A stretch of DNA of 64,000 bases from Halobacteriales archaeon (lineage in GTDB: Archaea > Halobacteriota > Halobacteria > Halobacteriales > Hikarchaeaceae), in the NCBI GenBank assembly GCA_042219475.1, contig JBDGPX010000007.1, positions 30,433 to 94,432 of the forward strand. The letters are read 5' to 3'. Positions within the stretch are counted from its first letter, which is position 1; each line of letters starts with the position of its first letter. Below, piece after piece: positions 47,915 through 57,920 of the stretch. A program made the position numbers and the translations under genes. A model generated the notes under the pieces. That model did no database searches. It saw only the letters and a program-made list of their open reading frames with translations, and had not been told where the DNA came from.

Positions 47915-49096
47915 TCATTCGAGGACACCGTCCTCGTGGAGGCGTTCGATCTCCGCCTCGTCGATGCCGAGTTTCTCGACCAGCACCTCGTCGGTGTGTT
48001 CACCGAGCTGTGGGGGGCCCGACCTGACTTCCCGTTCACTCCCCGAGAGGTGTAGCGGATGGCCGTGGAGGGTCACCTCACCGATGTTGGGATCGTCGTA
48101 CTCGAAGACGTACCCCCGATCGCGGGCCTGGGGGTGCTCAACGACATCGCTGACCTGATTGAGTGGTCCGCAGGGAAAGCCGAGTTCATCGAAGATCTCG
48201 ATCCACTCCTCGGTCGTCCGCTCTTTGAGCACCGGCCGGACCGATTCCATGATCTCCTCGTAGTGTTCCTGGCGGAGCTGACTGCTGTCGTACTGAAGTA
48301 GTGAGTCGTCCTCGATGATTTCGGTGACGAACGTCTCCCAGTCGGTGACGAACAGTGCCATATCCCCGTCTTTCGTCTCGAACACCTCGTAGGGGACTTC
48401 AGTCTGGTGGCGTCGACCGAACGGTGTCGGATTCTCGCCGGTGATGCCGTACATCGTGAGATACTCTTCCATAAACGAGACGATCGTCCCGAAGAGGTTG
48501 GTCTCGACCTTGCCGCCCTCACCGGTTCGTTCCCGTTCCTGGAGCTTCGTGAGGATCCCGATCGTCGCATAGAGGCCCGTCCCGATGTCCCCGATCGCCT
48601 GGCCGACCTTGACGGGCTCGCCGTCTTCGGGACCGGTGACGCTCATGATCCCCCCCTCGGCCTGCATGATCAGATCGACTCCTTTCCGGTCTTTGTAGGG
48701 CCCCTTCTCGCCGTATCCCTTGATCGAGGCGTAGACGAGCCCTGGATTGACTTCCTCATGGAGATATTCGTACCCCAATCCGAGTCGATCGAGCACGCCT
48801 AGACTGAAGTTCTCGACGAGCACGTCGGCGTCGGCGATGAGTTCCTCGACGAGAACGCGGCCGCTATCGGTCTTCAGATCGACGACGACGCTCTTTTTGT
48901 TTCGGTTCCGCGAGATGAAGTTCAGGCCCATCCCGCCCTGTTCGGGATGGCTGTGACGAGTGCCGTCACCGCCACCCGGTGGTTCGATTTTGATGATCTC
49001 GGCACCGAGTTCGCCGAGGATCTGGGTACACCAGGGACCGGCGCGGGCATGTGTAAAATCGATGACGGTAAGGTGCGATAACGGTGCATCTGACAT
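47915..49096 (-). CDS. CaiB/BaiF family (class III) CoA-transferase
   Basis: N-terminus LTVIDFTHARAGPWCTQILGELGAEIIKIE. ATG 49096 preferred over GTG 49108. Confidence 0.85.
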   Translation of the reverse strand: MSDAPLSHLTVIDFTHARAGPWCTQILGELGAEIIKIEPPGGGDGTRHSHPEQGGMGLNFISRNRNKKSVVVDLKTDSGRVLVEELIADADVLVENFSLGVLDRLGLGYEYLHEEVNPGLVYASIKGYGEKGPYKDRKGVDLIMQAEGGIMSVTGPEDGEPVKVGQAIGDIGTGLYATIGILTKLQERERTGEGGKVETNLFGTIVSFMEEYLTMYGITGENPTPFGRRHQTEVPYEVFETKDGDMALFVTDWETFVTEIIEDDSLLQYDSSQLRQEHYEEIMESVRPVLKERTTEEWIEIFDELGFPCGPLNQVSDVVEHPQARDRGYVFEYDDPNIGEVTLHGHPLHLSGSEREVRSGPPQLGEHTDEVLVEKLGIDEAEIERLHEDGVLE

Positions 49097-49420
49097 ACCC
49101 GCTTTCACTTGTGACGATGGATTAAAACCACCGTCTGATGTTTGATCGTTCGGTGTCCGTAGCGATCGATCGATACAAACTGGCGTTCGTTTCTCGACTC
49201 ATCGTGCAGGATGACAGTCATCCCTCCCACTCGAACGAGAACGGTCCCGATTGATGGGGCCGTATCCTGGTACTTAAATCGTCGATCATCCACGTTCGAT
49301 TATCGATCATGTGTATGTTAACCGATACCACGAATATCTGTGATAACGACTGTTTTCCGGTGGATATCTCATCGTTTCCGACGAGCTATCGTGATGTCGT
49401 CGCTTCCGATATTGCGAAGT

Positions 49421-49428
49421 TTTATATA
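49421..49428 (+). promoter_or_regulatory. TATA box of the thermosome gene
   Basis: TTTATATA about 30 nt upstream of ATG 49455, at the end of a 358-bp lower-GC upstream region. Confidence 0.5.
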
Positions 49429-49454
49429 GAATCACAATCAATTCTCTGCTGATT

Positions 49455-51128
49455 ATGAGCCAGCAAATGCAAGGTCAGCCGATGGTCATTCTCGGCGAGG
49501 ATTCCCAGCGCGTCAAGGACAAGGACGCGCAGGAACACAACATCAGCGCCGCCCGCGCCGTGGCCGACGCGGTACGGTCGACGCTTGGTCCGAAAGGCAT
49601 GGATAAGATGCTCGTCGACAACATCGGCGACGTCACGATCACTAACGACGGCGTGACGATCCTCTCGGATATGGATATCGACAACCCGACCGCCGAGATG
49701 ATCGTCGAGGTCGCCGAAACACAGGAAGACGAAGCCGGTGACGGCACCACGACCGCCGTCGCGATCGCCGGTGAACTCCTGAAAAACGCCCAGGATCTTC
49801 TCGAACAGGACATCCATCCGACGGCGATCATCCGCGGGTTCGCGATGGCCTCCGAGCGCGCCCGTGAAGAGATCGACGATATCGCTCAGGAAATCGATGT
49901 CACCGACGAGGATCTCCTCCGTAAGGTCGCCGAAACCTCGATGACGGGGAAAGGCGCCGAAGTCAACAAAGAGCATCTCTCTCAACTCATCGTCGACGCC
50001 GTCAACGCCGTCACCGTCGAAACCGACGACGGGGAGTATGTCGTTGATCAGGAATACCTCCGTGTCGAGACTCAGACCGGCCGCTCGGTGAGCGATTCGA
50101 TGCTCATCCATGGGGCGACCGTCGATAAGGATCCTGTCCACGACAACATGCCGCGTGAGGTCGAGGATGCGAACATCCTGCTGCTCGATGATCCGATCGA
50201 GGTCGATGAAACCGACGCCGACGCTTCGATCACCGTTGACGATCCGAGTCAGCTCCAGCAATTCCTCGACCGTGAGGAAGAGCAGCTCAAAGAGCAGGTC
50301 GATCACATCGCCGAGATCGGTGCCGACGTCGTGTTCTGCCAGAAAGGCATCGACGACCTCGCCCAACACTACCTCGCGAAGAAGGGCATCCTCGCGGCTC
50401 GCCGCGTGAAGAAATCCGACATCGAGTTCATGCGAAACGTCCTCGATTCGACGATCGTCTCCAACGTCTTGAACGCTAGTGCGGATGATCTCGGCGTCGG
50501 TGATGTCACTCGCGACGAGGACGACGACATGTTCCACGTCACCGGACAGACCGACGAATCCCACGGCGTTACTCTGGTGTTGCGCGCTTCGACCGACCAC
50601 GTCGTCGACGAGCTCGAACGCGGCGTCGAGGACGCCCTCGAAGTCGTCGCTACGACCGTCGCGGACGGCCGTGTGCTCGCCGGCGGCGGCGCCATCGAGG
50701 TCGAACTCGCCGGCCGCCTCCGTGATTACGCCGATTCCGTCTCCGGCCGCGAGCAGCTTGCCGTCGAGGAATTCGCCGCGTCGCTTGAGCTCGTCCCCCG
50801 CGTGCTCGCCGAGAACGCCGGGCTCGATCCGATCGACACGCTGGTCGACCTCCGTTCGGCCCACGACAACGGCGACCTTGCCGCCGGGCTCAACGTCTTC
50901 ACCGGCAGCATCGTCGACAACTACGAGGCCGGCGTCGTCGAGCCCGCCCACGCCAAAGAACAAGCCGTCTCCAGCGCGGCCGAGGCTGCCAATCTCGTCC
51001 TCAAAATCGACGACATCATCTCGGCGGGCGATCTGTCGACTTCCGCCGACGTCGACGAGCAAGAAGCCATGCAGAACGCCCCGCCGGGCGCTATGGGCGG
51101 TGGCGGCATGGGCGGCGGCATGATGTGA
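49455..51128 (+). CDS. cct: thermosome subunit (group II chaperonin)
   Basis: [24 protein letters not shown], and a C-terminal GGM-repeat tail. Confidence 0.95.
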   Translation: MSQQMQGQPMVILGEDSQRVKDKDAQEHNISAARAVADAVRSTLGPKGMDKMLVDNIGDVTITNDGVTILSDMDIDNPTAEMIVEVAETQEDEAGDGTTTAVAIAGELLKNAQDLLEQDIHPTAIIRGFAMASERAREEIDDIAQEIDVTDEDLLRKVAETSMTGKGAEVNKEHLSQLIVDAVNAVTVETDDGEYVVDQEYLRVETQTGRSVSDSMLIHGATVDKDPVHDNMPREVEDANILLLDDPIEVDETDADASITVDDPSQLQQFLDREEEQLKEQVDHIAEIGADVVFCQKGIDDLAQHYLAKKGILAARRVKKSDIEFMRNVLDSTIVSNVLNASADDLGVGDVTRDEDDDMFHVTGQTDESHGVTLVLRASTDHVVDELERGVEDALEVVATTVADGRVLAGGGAIEVELAGRLRDYADSVSGREQLAVEEFAASLELVPRVLAENAGLDPIDTLVDLRSAHDNGDLAAGLNVFTGSIVDNYEAGVVEPAHAKEQAVSSAAEAANLVLKIDDIISAGDLSTSADVDEQEAMQNAPPGAMGGGGMGGGMM

Positions 51129-51377
51129 TCACGTCGGGACCTACCTACTACATCGCGACCTGTTGATTCGATGTCTCGATTTTTCCGTTGATATCCGTTC
51201 TGTATTCGGTGTCCGTGTGTTTGCCTGCGGCTATTGGCCCGTTCATCCGATACCGTGGCCGTGGTCGCTCTGTTCGGTATGGCGACGATCCGAACAACCG
51301 ATCTGAAACACAGAGATTCGGCGGTCCTGACGGGGGTTTTCGATTCTTCTAAGTGGATTGCCGCGGGAATTCGGTAC

Positions 51378-52373
51378 ATGGATACGCTTCTCCTCAACAA
51401 GGATGATGTCGATACGAACGCGCAAATGACCGAGGTGATCGACGCGGTCGAGGCGGCGTTTCGCGCCTACGAACGGGGCGACGCCAAGATGCCGGCGAAA
51501 TCGTATATCGATCTCCCACAGTACAACGGCGATTTCCGATCGATGCCGGCGTATCTCGCCGCCGAGGACTGGGATGCTGCCGGGATCAAATGGGTCAACG
51601 TCCACCCGGACAACCCGGACGATCATGCCCTCCCGACGGTCATGGGGACGGTGATCTACTCGGATCCGGAGACAGCGTTCCCGCTCGCCATCATGGACGG
51701 GACGGAACTGACGATGAAACGCACCGGCGCGGCCGCGGCCGTCGCGACCCGACATCTCGCCGTCGAAGATGCCACGAGTATGGGGATCATCGGTGCCGGC
51801 GTCCAATCCTACACCCAACTCGAGGCGGTGTCGGCGATCCGTCCGATCGAGGAGGTGGTCGTCTCCGATGTCGACGAGGAGGCGATCGAGGCGTTCATCG
51901 AGTATTTCGACGATGAATTCGATGTCCGATCCGGATCGATCAGCGAGGCGGGCCACTGTGATGTCCTCTCGACGGTAACACCGGTCGAATCACCGATCGT
52001 CTCCCCCGACGATATCGGCGAGAAAACACACATCAACGCCATGGGCGCTGACGCCGAAGGGAAACACGAATTGGCCGACGAGATCCTCCTGAACGCAAAG
52101 CTCGTGATCGACGACTACGATCAGTGTACCCATTCCGGGGAGATCAATGTCCCGTGGGCCGCGGGAATCCTCGACGATGACGATATCTACGGTGAGATCG
52201 GACAGATCGCCTCCGGTGTCACACCCGGCCGGACGGCCGACGACGGTGTGACGGTCTTCGACAGCACCGGCCTGGCGATCCAGGACGTCGCGTCGGCTCA
52301 CGTCGTCTACGAACACGCCATCGACAACGACAACGGTCAGCCATTCAACCTCGTCGGTACCACCGTCAGATAA
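51378..52373 (+). CDS. ornithine cyclodeaminase/mu-crystallin family protein (possibly archaeal-type alanine dehydrogenase)
   Basis: 331 aa from ATG 51378. Rossmann motif MGIIGAGVQS. Family-typical N-terminus LLLNKDDV. Confidence 0.8.
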   Translation: MDTLLLNKDDVDTNAQMTEVIDAVEAAFRAYERGDAKMPAKSYIDLPQYNGDFRSMPAYLAAEDWDAAGIKWVNVHPDNPDDHALPTVMGTVIYSDPETAFPLAIMDGTELTMKRTGAAAAVATRHLAVEDATSMGIIGAGVQSYTQLEAVSAIRPIEEVVVSDVDEEAIEAFIEYFDDEFDVRSGSISEAGHCDVLSTVTPVESPIVSPDDIGEKTHINAMGADAEGKHELADEILLNAKLVIDDYDQCTHSGEINVPWAAGILDDDDIYGEIGQIASGVTPGRTADDGVTVFDSTGLAIQDVASAHVVYEHAIDNDNGQPFNLVGTTVR

Positions 52374-52461
52374 ATCCCGCTCCGTTCGATCGGTTCACGT
52401 TTCCTCCCGTTGCTCGCCTCGCACCGATCCGCTCTGTCCTGTCTGAAATCGACTCGATCGA

Positions 52462-52686
52462 TCAGCTCGGGCCGGGGCCCGGACCACTTCCTTCCCGGCC
52501 GACGCCACCGCCGAGTTTCGAGAGCACCCAGATGAGCAGCATAAACGGCGCGAGTGGGATCATGATCATGATCAATCCGGCGCCGAGTAACATCCCCATC
52601 AGGCTCATCTCGTCGTCAGGTCGACTCCGGTAGGGTTTGGTGACCGTCCGGATCAACCCTTCGTCGTCGTCCTCACTCTGGCTCAT
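52462..52686 (-). CDS. hypothetical small membrane protein
   Basis: 74 aa. Acidic N-terminus, one or two TM segments (MGMLLGAGLIMIMIPLAPFMLLIWVL), Gly/Pro tail. Confidence 0.45.
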   Translation of the reverse strand: MSQSEDDDEGLIRTVTKPYRSRPDDEMSLMGMLLGAGLIMIMIPLAPFMLLIWVLSKLGGGVGREGSGPGPGPS

Positions 52687-52763
52687 AGATATCGGAGAGT
52701 TCTGGCGTCAGGGGCATAAGAATACGGATGTCTTTCATCCCCTCGTGTGGCGGCGTTCCGCGA

Positions 52764-55625
52764 TCACTCGAGATGGATCGCCGGCCGGAACGGCACCGCA
52801 CTCCCAGCACGGTCAGCCGGGTCGTAGGGATTCCCGTCTTCGGCGTAGAGTTCGACGGCGGCGTCGAACTCCCGTTCGAGGAAGCCCTCGGCGGCCTCGT
52901 AGACCGCTTGTTCGTCGATATTCACTAGCTGTTTGACCTCCGCATCGGGCCGTTCTCGAACGTCTTCGACGAGTTCGGTCACGACCTCGTTGACCTGATC
53001 GCCCTTCGATCGGAGCGAATCACGCTGCATGACGTTGCCCATCACGGCTCCGACATCCGGTCCCCGATCGACGACTTCCTCGAAGACCGTGTACTTCCAG
53101 TCGGCGGCGGTATAGAGCCGGATCGTCTCGGGATCGGTGTCGGTCACGTCGATGACTTCCCGGACGTCGGCGGCTAAGTCCTCGATGAGCGTCTCCTCGA
53201 GTTCGATCCGATCGCTGATGGCGTCGTAGTCAACCGTCGGCCACGCCGCGTCTTCGACGGGTTCGCCGACCAGTTGCTCGTAGAGCTCGTTGGCCATGAA
53301 GGGAATAAACGGTGCCAGCAGACGCAATCGTGTCCGAAGGACTTCTTGGAGCGTCCACCGAGCGCCCGGACGGTCGGTGTCGGTTCGGCGGCGGTACCAA
53401 CGGAGGTCCTCAGCGAACTCATAGAACGCCGTCTGACTCGCCGTCCGGGTCTCGAAGCGATCCATCGCTTCGGTGATGTCCCCGATTAACCGGTTGAGGC
53501 GTGAGAGCAGCCACCGATCGATGCGCCGGAGATCGGGTTGTTCGGCCGGCGTCTCGGCATCGATGATCCCCTGGGCGCGCGTCCAGAACCGTTCGAGCTG
53601 ATCGCGCGTGCTCTGGACTTCCTCGGCCCGCCAGTCGTAGTCCTGCCAGGGCTCGGAGCTGTTCAGGAGGAAAAAGCGGACCGTATCGGCGCCGTATCGA
53701 TCGATGGCGTTGCTGGGTAACACGACATGCCCCTTCGAGGAGCTCATGGCCTCGCCCTCAAGCAGTCCCATTCCCATCGTCGTGATGCCCTGTGGCCAGT
53801 TGTCCTCCTCGAAGAGTTCGGCGTGGTGATAGAGATAGAACGTGAGGTGATTGCGGATCAGATCCCGGCCCGAACAGCGGTAATCAACCGGATACCAGTA
53901 CTGCCACTCCTCGCGGAGTTCAAGGGCCCGTTCGTCCGGATCCTCGACCGCATCGCCTCCATAAAAGAGCGCATCGAAGAACGCATCATCGAGATCCTCG
54001 ACGGGAATCTCCCGGAGCCGCGGGGCGATGGTGTAGTAGGCCATGTATATCGTCGAATCCGACAGCGGCTCGATAACGAACTCATCGTCCCACGGCAGCC
54101 GCGTTCCCAGCCCGTAGTTGCGGATACAGGGCCACTCGTTGAGCCAGTCGATCGTGTCGTAGTATTCGTCGCGGGTGTTCTCGGGAATCGTGTCGAGCCC
54201 TTCGACGGCGGCTTCGGCCTTCGATCGCCACTCGGCGTCGTTGTACCGGAGGAACCAGGTCTCCTGTTCGGATACTTCGACGTCGGCGCCACAGCGACAG
54301 ACGACTTCCTCTGAGAACTCGTACATCGCGTCGAAGGCCCCAGCTCCCTGATATCGCTCACGGAAGGGTTCCCGGGCCTGTTCGACCGTTTCGCCGGCGA
54401 ATTCGCCGTACATTTCCCGGAGGATCCCATCGTGGAACTCACGATTGTACAACTCCTGGGTAGCTTCCTCGAGGGCAGGGTCGTCCTGGTGTTCGATGCC
54501 CCGTTCGTTGACGGCATCCTCGGCGGGATACTCGCCATACCCCTCGATGTCGAGAATCGCCACCGGCTCGATCGACCGAATCGTCTCGGGATCGAGAGGA
54601 TACTCCTCGGCGACCTGATCGGCGTTGGCCTTGATCTCCTCGAGGGCGATCCAGTCGTCGGGGCTGTGGGCTGGCACCGACATCACGACTCCCGTCGCGT
54701 TGTCCGGGTCGACGAACGTCGCCGGCAGGATGGGGACATTGTCGCCAGTCACCGGGTTGGTGACGAACTCGCCGACCAGCTCGTGGCCCGGAAGCCGATC
54801 GGTGACCTCGATGTCCCGGCGCTGGAGGTTGAACTTCTCGACGGCCGCCGCCGAGATCAACCACTCCTCGTTATCGACGTCGGCGAAGACGTACTCGGCT
54901 TCGGGATCGACGTAGGCGTTGGTGACGCCGTGGACGGTCTCCGGGCGCAACGTTGCCATCGGGGCGATCGTCCCGTCGTATTCGAATTTGATGAGGGTAT
55001 ACTCCTGGAAGTCGGCGCCCTCGCCTTCGAGCAGATCGTGATCGGTGACGGGCTGTTCCTCGTTCGTACAGTACCGCACCGGCTGGTAGCCCTTCTCTAA
55101 GAGTTCCCGCTCGTTCAGCGTGTTGTACTGCCAGGTGATGAACTTCGAGTAGCGGTCGTCGTTGGTGGTGAATTCACGGCGCCAGTCGATCGACAGCCCC
55201 AGCGCCTTCATGTTCTTTTTGTAGTGATTCTCGATGAAGTAGTGGGCAAACCCCATCGGCGTCTCGAGGTCCTTCAACGTCTCTTCGGGGACATTGTAGG
55301 TGTCCCGTAGCACCGAGAGCTGTTCTTCCTCACCGCTTTTCAATCGCTCGACGGCGCCGATGATCGGCGTGCCGGTCACATGCCAGGCCAGCGGGAAGAG
55401 AACGTTATCGCCTTGGAGCCGACGGTACCGGGCCCATGTGTCGGGTACCGTATACGTCCGGGCGTGGCCGATATGCATTCCACCACTCGGATACGGATAC
55501 GGCACCGTGACGAAGGTGGCATCATCGCCGTCGTCGGCATCGGCATCGGGATCCGCCTCGTAGCGGCCCGTCTCACGCCAGCGGGACCGCCACTTCTCCT
55601 CGAGTTCCCGTGGCTCGTAATCCAT
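52764..55625 (-). CDS. leuS: leucine--tRNA ligase
   Basis: HIGH-type motif GGMHIGHARTY and KMSKS-type motif AMSSSKGHV. About 953 aa from ATG 55625. Confidence 0.95.
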   Translation of the reverse strand: MDYEPRELEEKWRSRWRETGRYEADPDADADDGDDATFVTVPYPYPSGGMHIGHARTYTVPDTWARYRRLQGDNVLFPLAWHVTGTPIIGAVERLKSGEEEQLSVLRDTYNVPEETLKDLETPMGFAHYFIENHYKKNMKALGLSIDWRREFTTNDDRYSKFITWQYNTLNERELLEKGYQPVRYCTNEEQPVTDHDLLEGEGADFQEYTLIKFEYDGTIAPMATLRPETVHGVTNAYVDPEAEYVFADVDNEEWLISAAAVEKFNLQRRDIEVTDRLPGHELVGEFVTNPVTGDNVPILPATFVDPDNATGVVMSVPAHSPDDWIALEEIKANADQVAEEYPLDPETIRSIEPVAILDIEGYGEYPAEDAVNERGIEHQDDPALEEATQELYNREFHDGILREMYGEFAGETVEQAREPFRERYQGAGAFDAMYEFSEEVVCRCGADVEVSEQETWFLRYNDAEWRSKAEAAVEGLDTIPENTRDEYYDTIDWLNEWPCIRNYGLGTRLPWDDEFVIEPLSDSTIYMAYYTIAPRLREIPVEDLDDAFFDALFYGGDAVEDPDERALELREEWQYWYPVDYRCSGRDLIRNHLTFYLYHHAELFEEDNWPQGITTMGMGLLEGEAMSSSKGHVVLPSNAIDRYGADTVRFFLLNSSEPWQDYDWRAEEVQSTRDQLERFWTRAQGIIDAETPAEQPDLRRIDRWLLSRLNRLIGDITEAMDRFETRTASQTAFYEFAEDLRWYRRRTDTDRPGARWTLQEVLRTRLRLLAPFIPFMANELYEQLVGEPVEDAAWPTVDYDAISDRIELEETLIEDLAADVREVIDVTDTDPETIRLYTAADWKYTVFEEVVDRGPDVGAVMGNVMQRDSLRSKGDQVNEVVTELVEDVRERPDAEVKQLVNIDEQAVYEAAEGFLEREFDAAVELYAEDGNPYDPADRAGSAVPFRPAIHLE

Positions 55626-55791
55626 ACCCAAAGCGTTTCGTTCAGGGGCTAAAAGGGCTACCATCCATTCAACGGCGCCGTCTTCTGATCTCCCGTTTAC
55701 CGACCGATACGAACATCGGGATGACCGGATTACGATCCGTTCATTCGGGCACAGCCTATATTTTCCCGGGCCTCACTGCGATGAACGTACC

Positions 55792-56541
55792 ATGCCCGAG
55801 ACACCATCACCGCTGGACGGCGAGACGGCCCTCGTCACCGGAGCAAGCGCCGGCATCGGCCGGGCGACCGCCGAGGCGCTCGCCAACGACGGCGCCAACA
55901 TCGCGCTGGCAGCCCGCAGTGAGGACCGCCTTGAGACGCTGGCAGGCGATATCGAATCGGCCTTCGGTGTCGAGACGCTGGTCGTTCCAACCGACGTCAC
56001 CGAGGAACGCCAGGTCGAACGGATGATCGATCGAACGGTCGATCGTTTCAACCGTCTCGATGTCGTCGTGAACAACGCCGGAATCGGTCGGCCGGAACCG
56101 GTCGAGGAGATGCCGACGGCGTCCTACCGGGAGATCATGGGCGTCAACATCGATGGGATGTTCTTCACCAGTCGGGACGCGATCCCGCACCTCAAATCGA
56201 CGGCGGGGACGCTGGTGTTCATCGCCAGCTATGCGGGAACGGTCCCGTATCCGAGCAATCCGGTCTATGCGGCGACGAAATGGTGGACGCGGGGGTTCGC
56301 CCTGAGCCTTGCGGGCAGCCTCGGGGAGGATGACATCGCCGTCACGGTGATCAACCCCTCGGAGGTCCGGACCGAGTTCGGCTCGTCGTACGACACGCCG
56401 TACACCGATCGATACGATCCGGGCGAGGTCACCGAACCAGAGGAGATCGGGGCAGCGGTCGCCTTTGCGGCGGCCCAAGAGCCGCCGAATGCCGTCACCG
56501 AACTCGATCTCTATCGTCGCGATAAGTTCAGTGGACTGTGA
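55792..56541 (+). CDS. SDR family oxidoreductase
   Basis: TGASAGIGRA cofactor motif and YAATKWW catalytic YxxxK. TATATTTT box about 32 nt upstream. Confidence 0.85.
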   Translation: MPETPSPLDGETALVTGASAGIGRATAEALANDGANIALAARSEDRLETLAGDIESAFGVETLVVPTDVTEERQVERMIDRTVDRFNRLDVVVNNAGIGRPEPVEEMPTASYREIMGVNIDGMFFTSRDAIPHLKSTAGTLVFIASYAGTVPYPSNPVYAATKWWTRGFALSLAGSLGEDDIAVTVINPSEVRTEFGSSYDTPYTDRYDPGEVTEPEEIGAAVAFAAAQEPPNAVTELDLYRRDKFSGL

Positions 56542-56581
56542 CCCCGCACGCCCGCTACCGCTCCGCGTCGATCCAGAACGG

Positions 56582-56690
56582 CTCTCTTGACTCAGCGAGA
56601 GAATCCCGTCCTTCCCGCGAAGGACGAGCGTTCCGATGCTCTGTCGGAACCGAGGACTGAGCAGGGCGGGAGCGAATCGCATAAGCTCAG
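56582..56690 (+). other. array of four consecutive short hairpins between the SDR gene and the tnpB remnant
   Basis: CTCTC/GAGAG (56582-56601), GTCCTTC-ccgc-GAAGGAC (56608-56625), GTTCCGA-tgctctg-TCGGAAC (56630-56650), CTGAGC/GCTCAG (56657-56690). Confidence 0.6.
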
Positions 56691-56788
56691 CTACGACGCC
56701 CACTGGGTAACAGCCAGGCCCGATATTTCACGTTCTCTTTCACTCCGGTAGACCACCTCTTATCGATCTCGCATACACCAGACTATGT

Positions 56789-57875
56789 ATGGCGAATCAG
56801 GTCACCCACACCTACCTTGCATCCATCCGCAATCACCAGCAGGTGTGCGAGGATCTCGATTCGCTTGGGGTCGCCGCCTCGAAACTCTAGAATGTCGTCC
56901 GGTGGACGTGTGGCCGTATCTGGCACGAAACCGGAACGATACCAGACCACGGTGTTCCCAAAGCGTACCTCAAGGACCACGAACGCTACGCGGATTTGAA
57001 CACACAATCCAGTCAGACAATTTTCGAACAATTGGCTGAGCCGTTCGACTCGTGGTATGCCCACCGTGAGAATGACAACGAGAACGCGAACCCACCCGGT
57101 TACCGAAAACGCGGCGACGACCATCCACGCTCGACGGTCACGTTCAAAGCAGACGGATTCAAGTACGACCCCGACCACAACAGGATTCGGCTCTCGAAAG
57201 GACGAACCCTGAAAGATCGGCGGCGAGACTTCATCCTCTGTGAGTATGCTGCTGACCCGGATATGGCCGTACAGAACTCCAGCAGGTCCGGACGATTACT
57301 ACTTTCAAAAAGAGCGAGCGAAGTGCGATGACAGTTCCTCTCGACAAGCGCGACGGCTGGACCGGAAGCGCAATGAGCGCCGGACACACTTCTTCCACGC
57401 CGTCTCGAAGGACATTGTAGCCGAGTGTGCCGCCCGAAAGGTCGGAACGATTGCCGTGGGCGACCTGACTGGTATTCGCGAAGACGTAGACTGGGGTGAC
57501 CACGGCAACCTCGACGTGCATGGGTGGGCGTTCGACAGGTTCACGGAGATACTGGAATACAAAGCCACCGAGCGCGGTATCACTGTTGAGCGCGTGGATG
57601 AACGGGGTACGTCCAAGTCCTGTGGATCGTGTGGGACCACCGACGACGGCCAGCGTGTCGAACGCGGGCTGTACGTGTGTGAGGAGTGTTGGCTGGTCGC
57701 CAATGCCGACGTGAATGGAGCCGAGAACATCCGAGGGCAGGTACTCCCGACTCTCGTCTGTGACGGAGACGGGGGAGATAGGGATAACGGCTGGACGGCA
57801 CAGCCAGCGGTGCGCCTGTTCGACAAATCGACGGGGAGAGTACGCCCACAAGACCAGGTGAATCGCGAACCATAG
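56789..57875 (+). mobile_element. tnpB: degenerate IS200/IS605-family (IS1341-type) tnpB pseudogene, no tnpA
   Basis: N-terminus MANQVTHTYLASIRNHQQVCEDLDSLGVAASKL, then an in-frame TAG (56888-56890). The frame then continues (NVVRWTCGRIW...NPPGYRKRGDDHPRST). A frame switch 2 -> 3 occurs near 57265-57285, with loss of the segment that should carry the first RuvC Asp motif. The C-terminal part is intact (IAVGDLTGIRE, CGSCG...CEEC zinc finger, NADVNGAENI). Confidence 0.85.
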
Positions 57876-57920
57876 TATCCCAACGCTCGGGAAACCGCGA
57901 CGTGAACGGCGCGGAGGATG

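Noticed and set aside
49105-49293. 62-aa minus-strand ORF upstream of and overlapping the CoA-transferase start
   Set aside because: No recognisable features. It depends on the less likely GTG 49108 context and lies in the lower-GC promoter region shared with the thermosome gene.
49422-51062. 546-aa ORF antisense to the thermosome gene
   Set aside because: It fully overlaps a gene with unmistakable chaperonin motifs. Its translation is Gly/Arg/Val/Asp-rich with no recognisable motif. Long stop-free antisense frames are expected in high-GC DNA.
51090-51128. GGM-type repeat at the 3' end of the thermosome gene
   Set aside because: A Gly/Met-rich C-terminal tail is a normal feature of group II (and group I) chaperonins.
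24239-52373. Scattered set resembling ectoine/hydroxyectoine catabolism: M24 hydrolases (DoeA/EutD-like), AstE/AspA-family deacylase at 38939-39895 (DoeB/EutE-like), threonine-dehydratase-like genes (EutB-like), and an OCD-family gene at 51378-52373 (EutC-like)
   Set aside because: The genes are spread over about 28 kb among unrelated housekeeping genes, and each family has ordinary alternative roles. Without clustering or sequence-level assignment this is pattern-matching only. It is kept solely as one substrate hypothesis for the M24 island.
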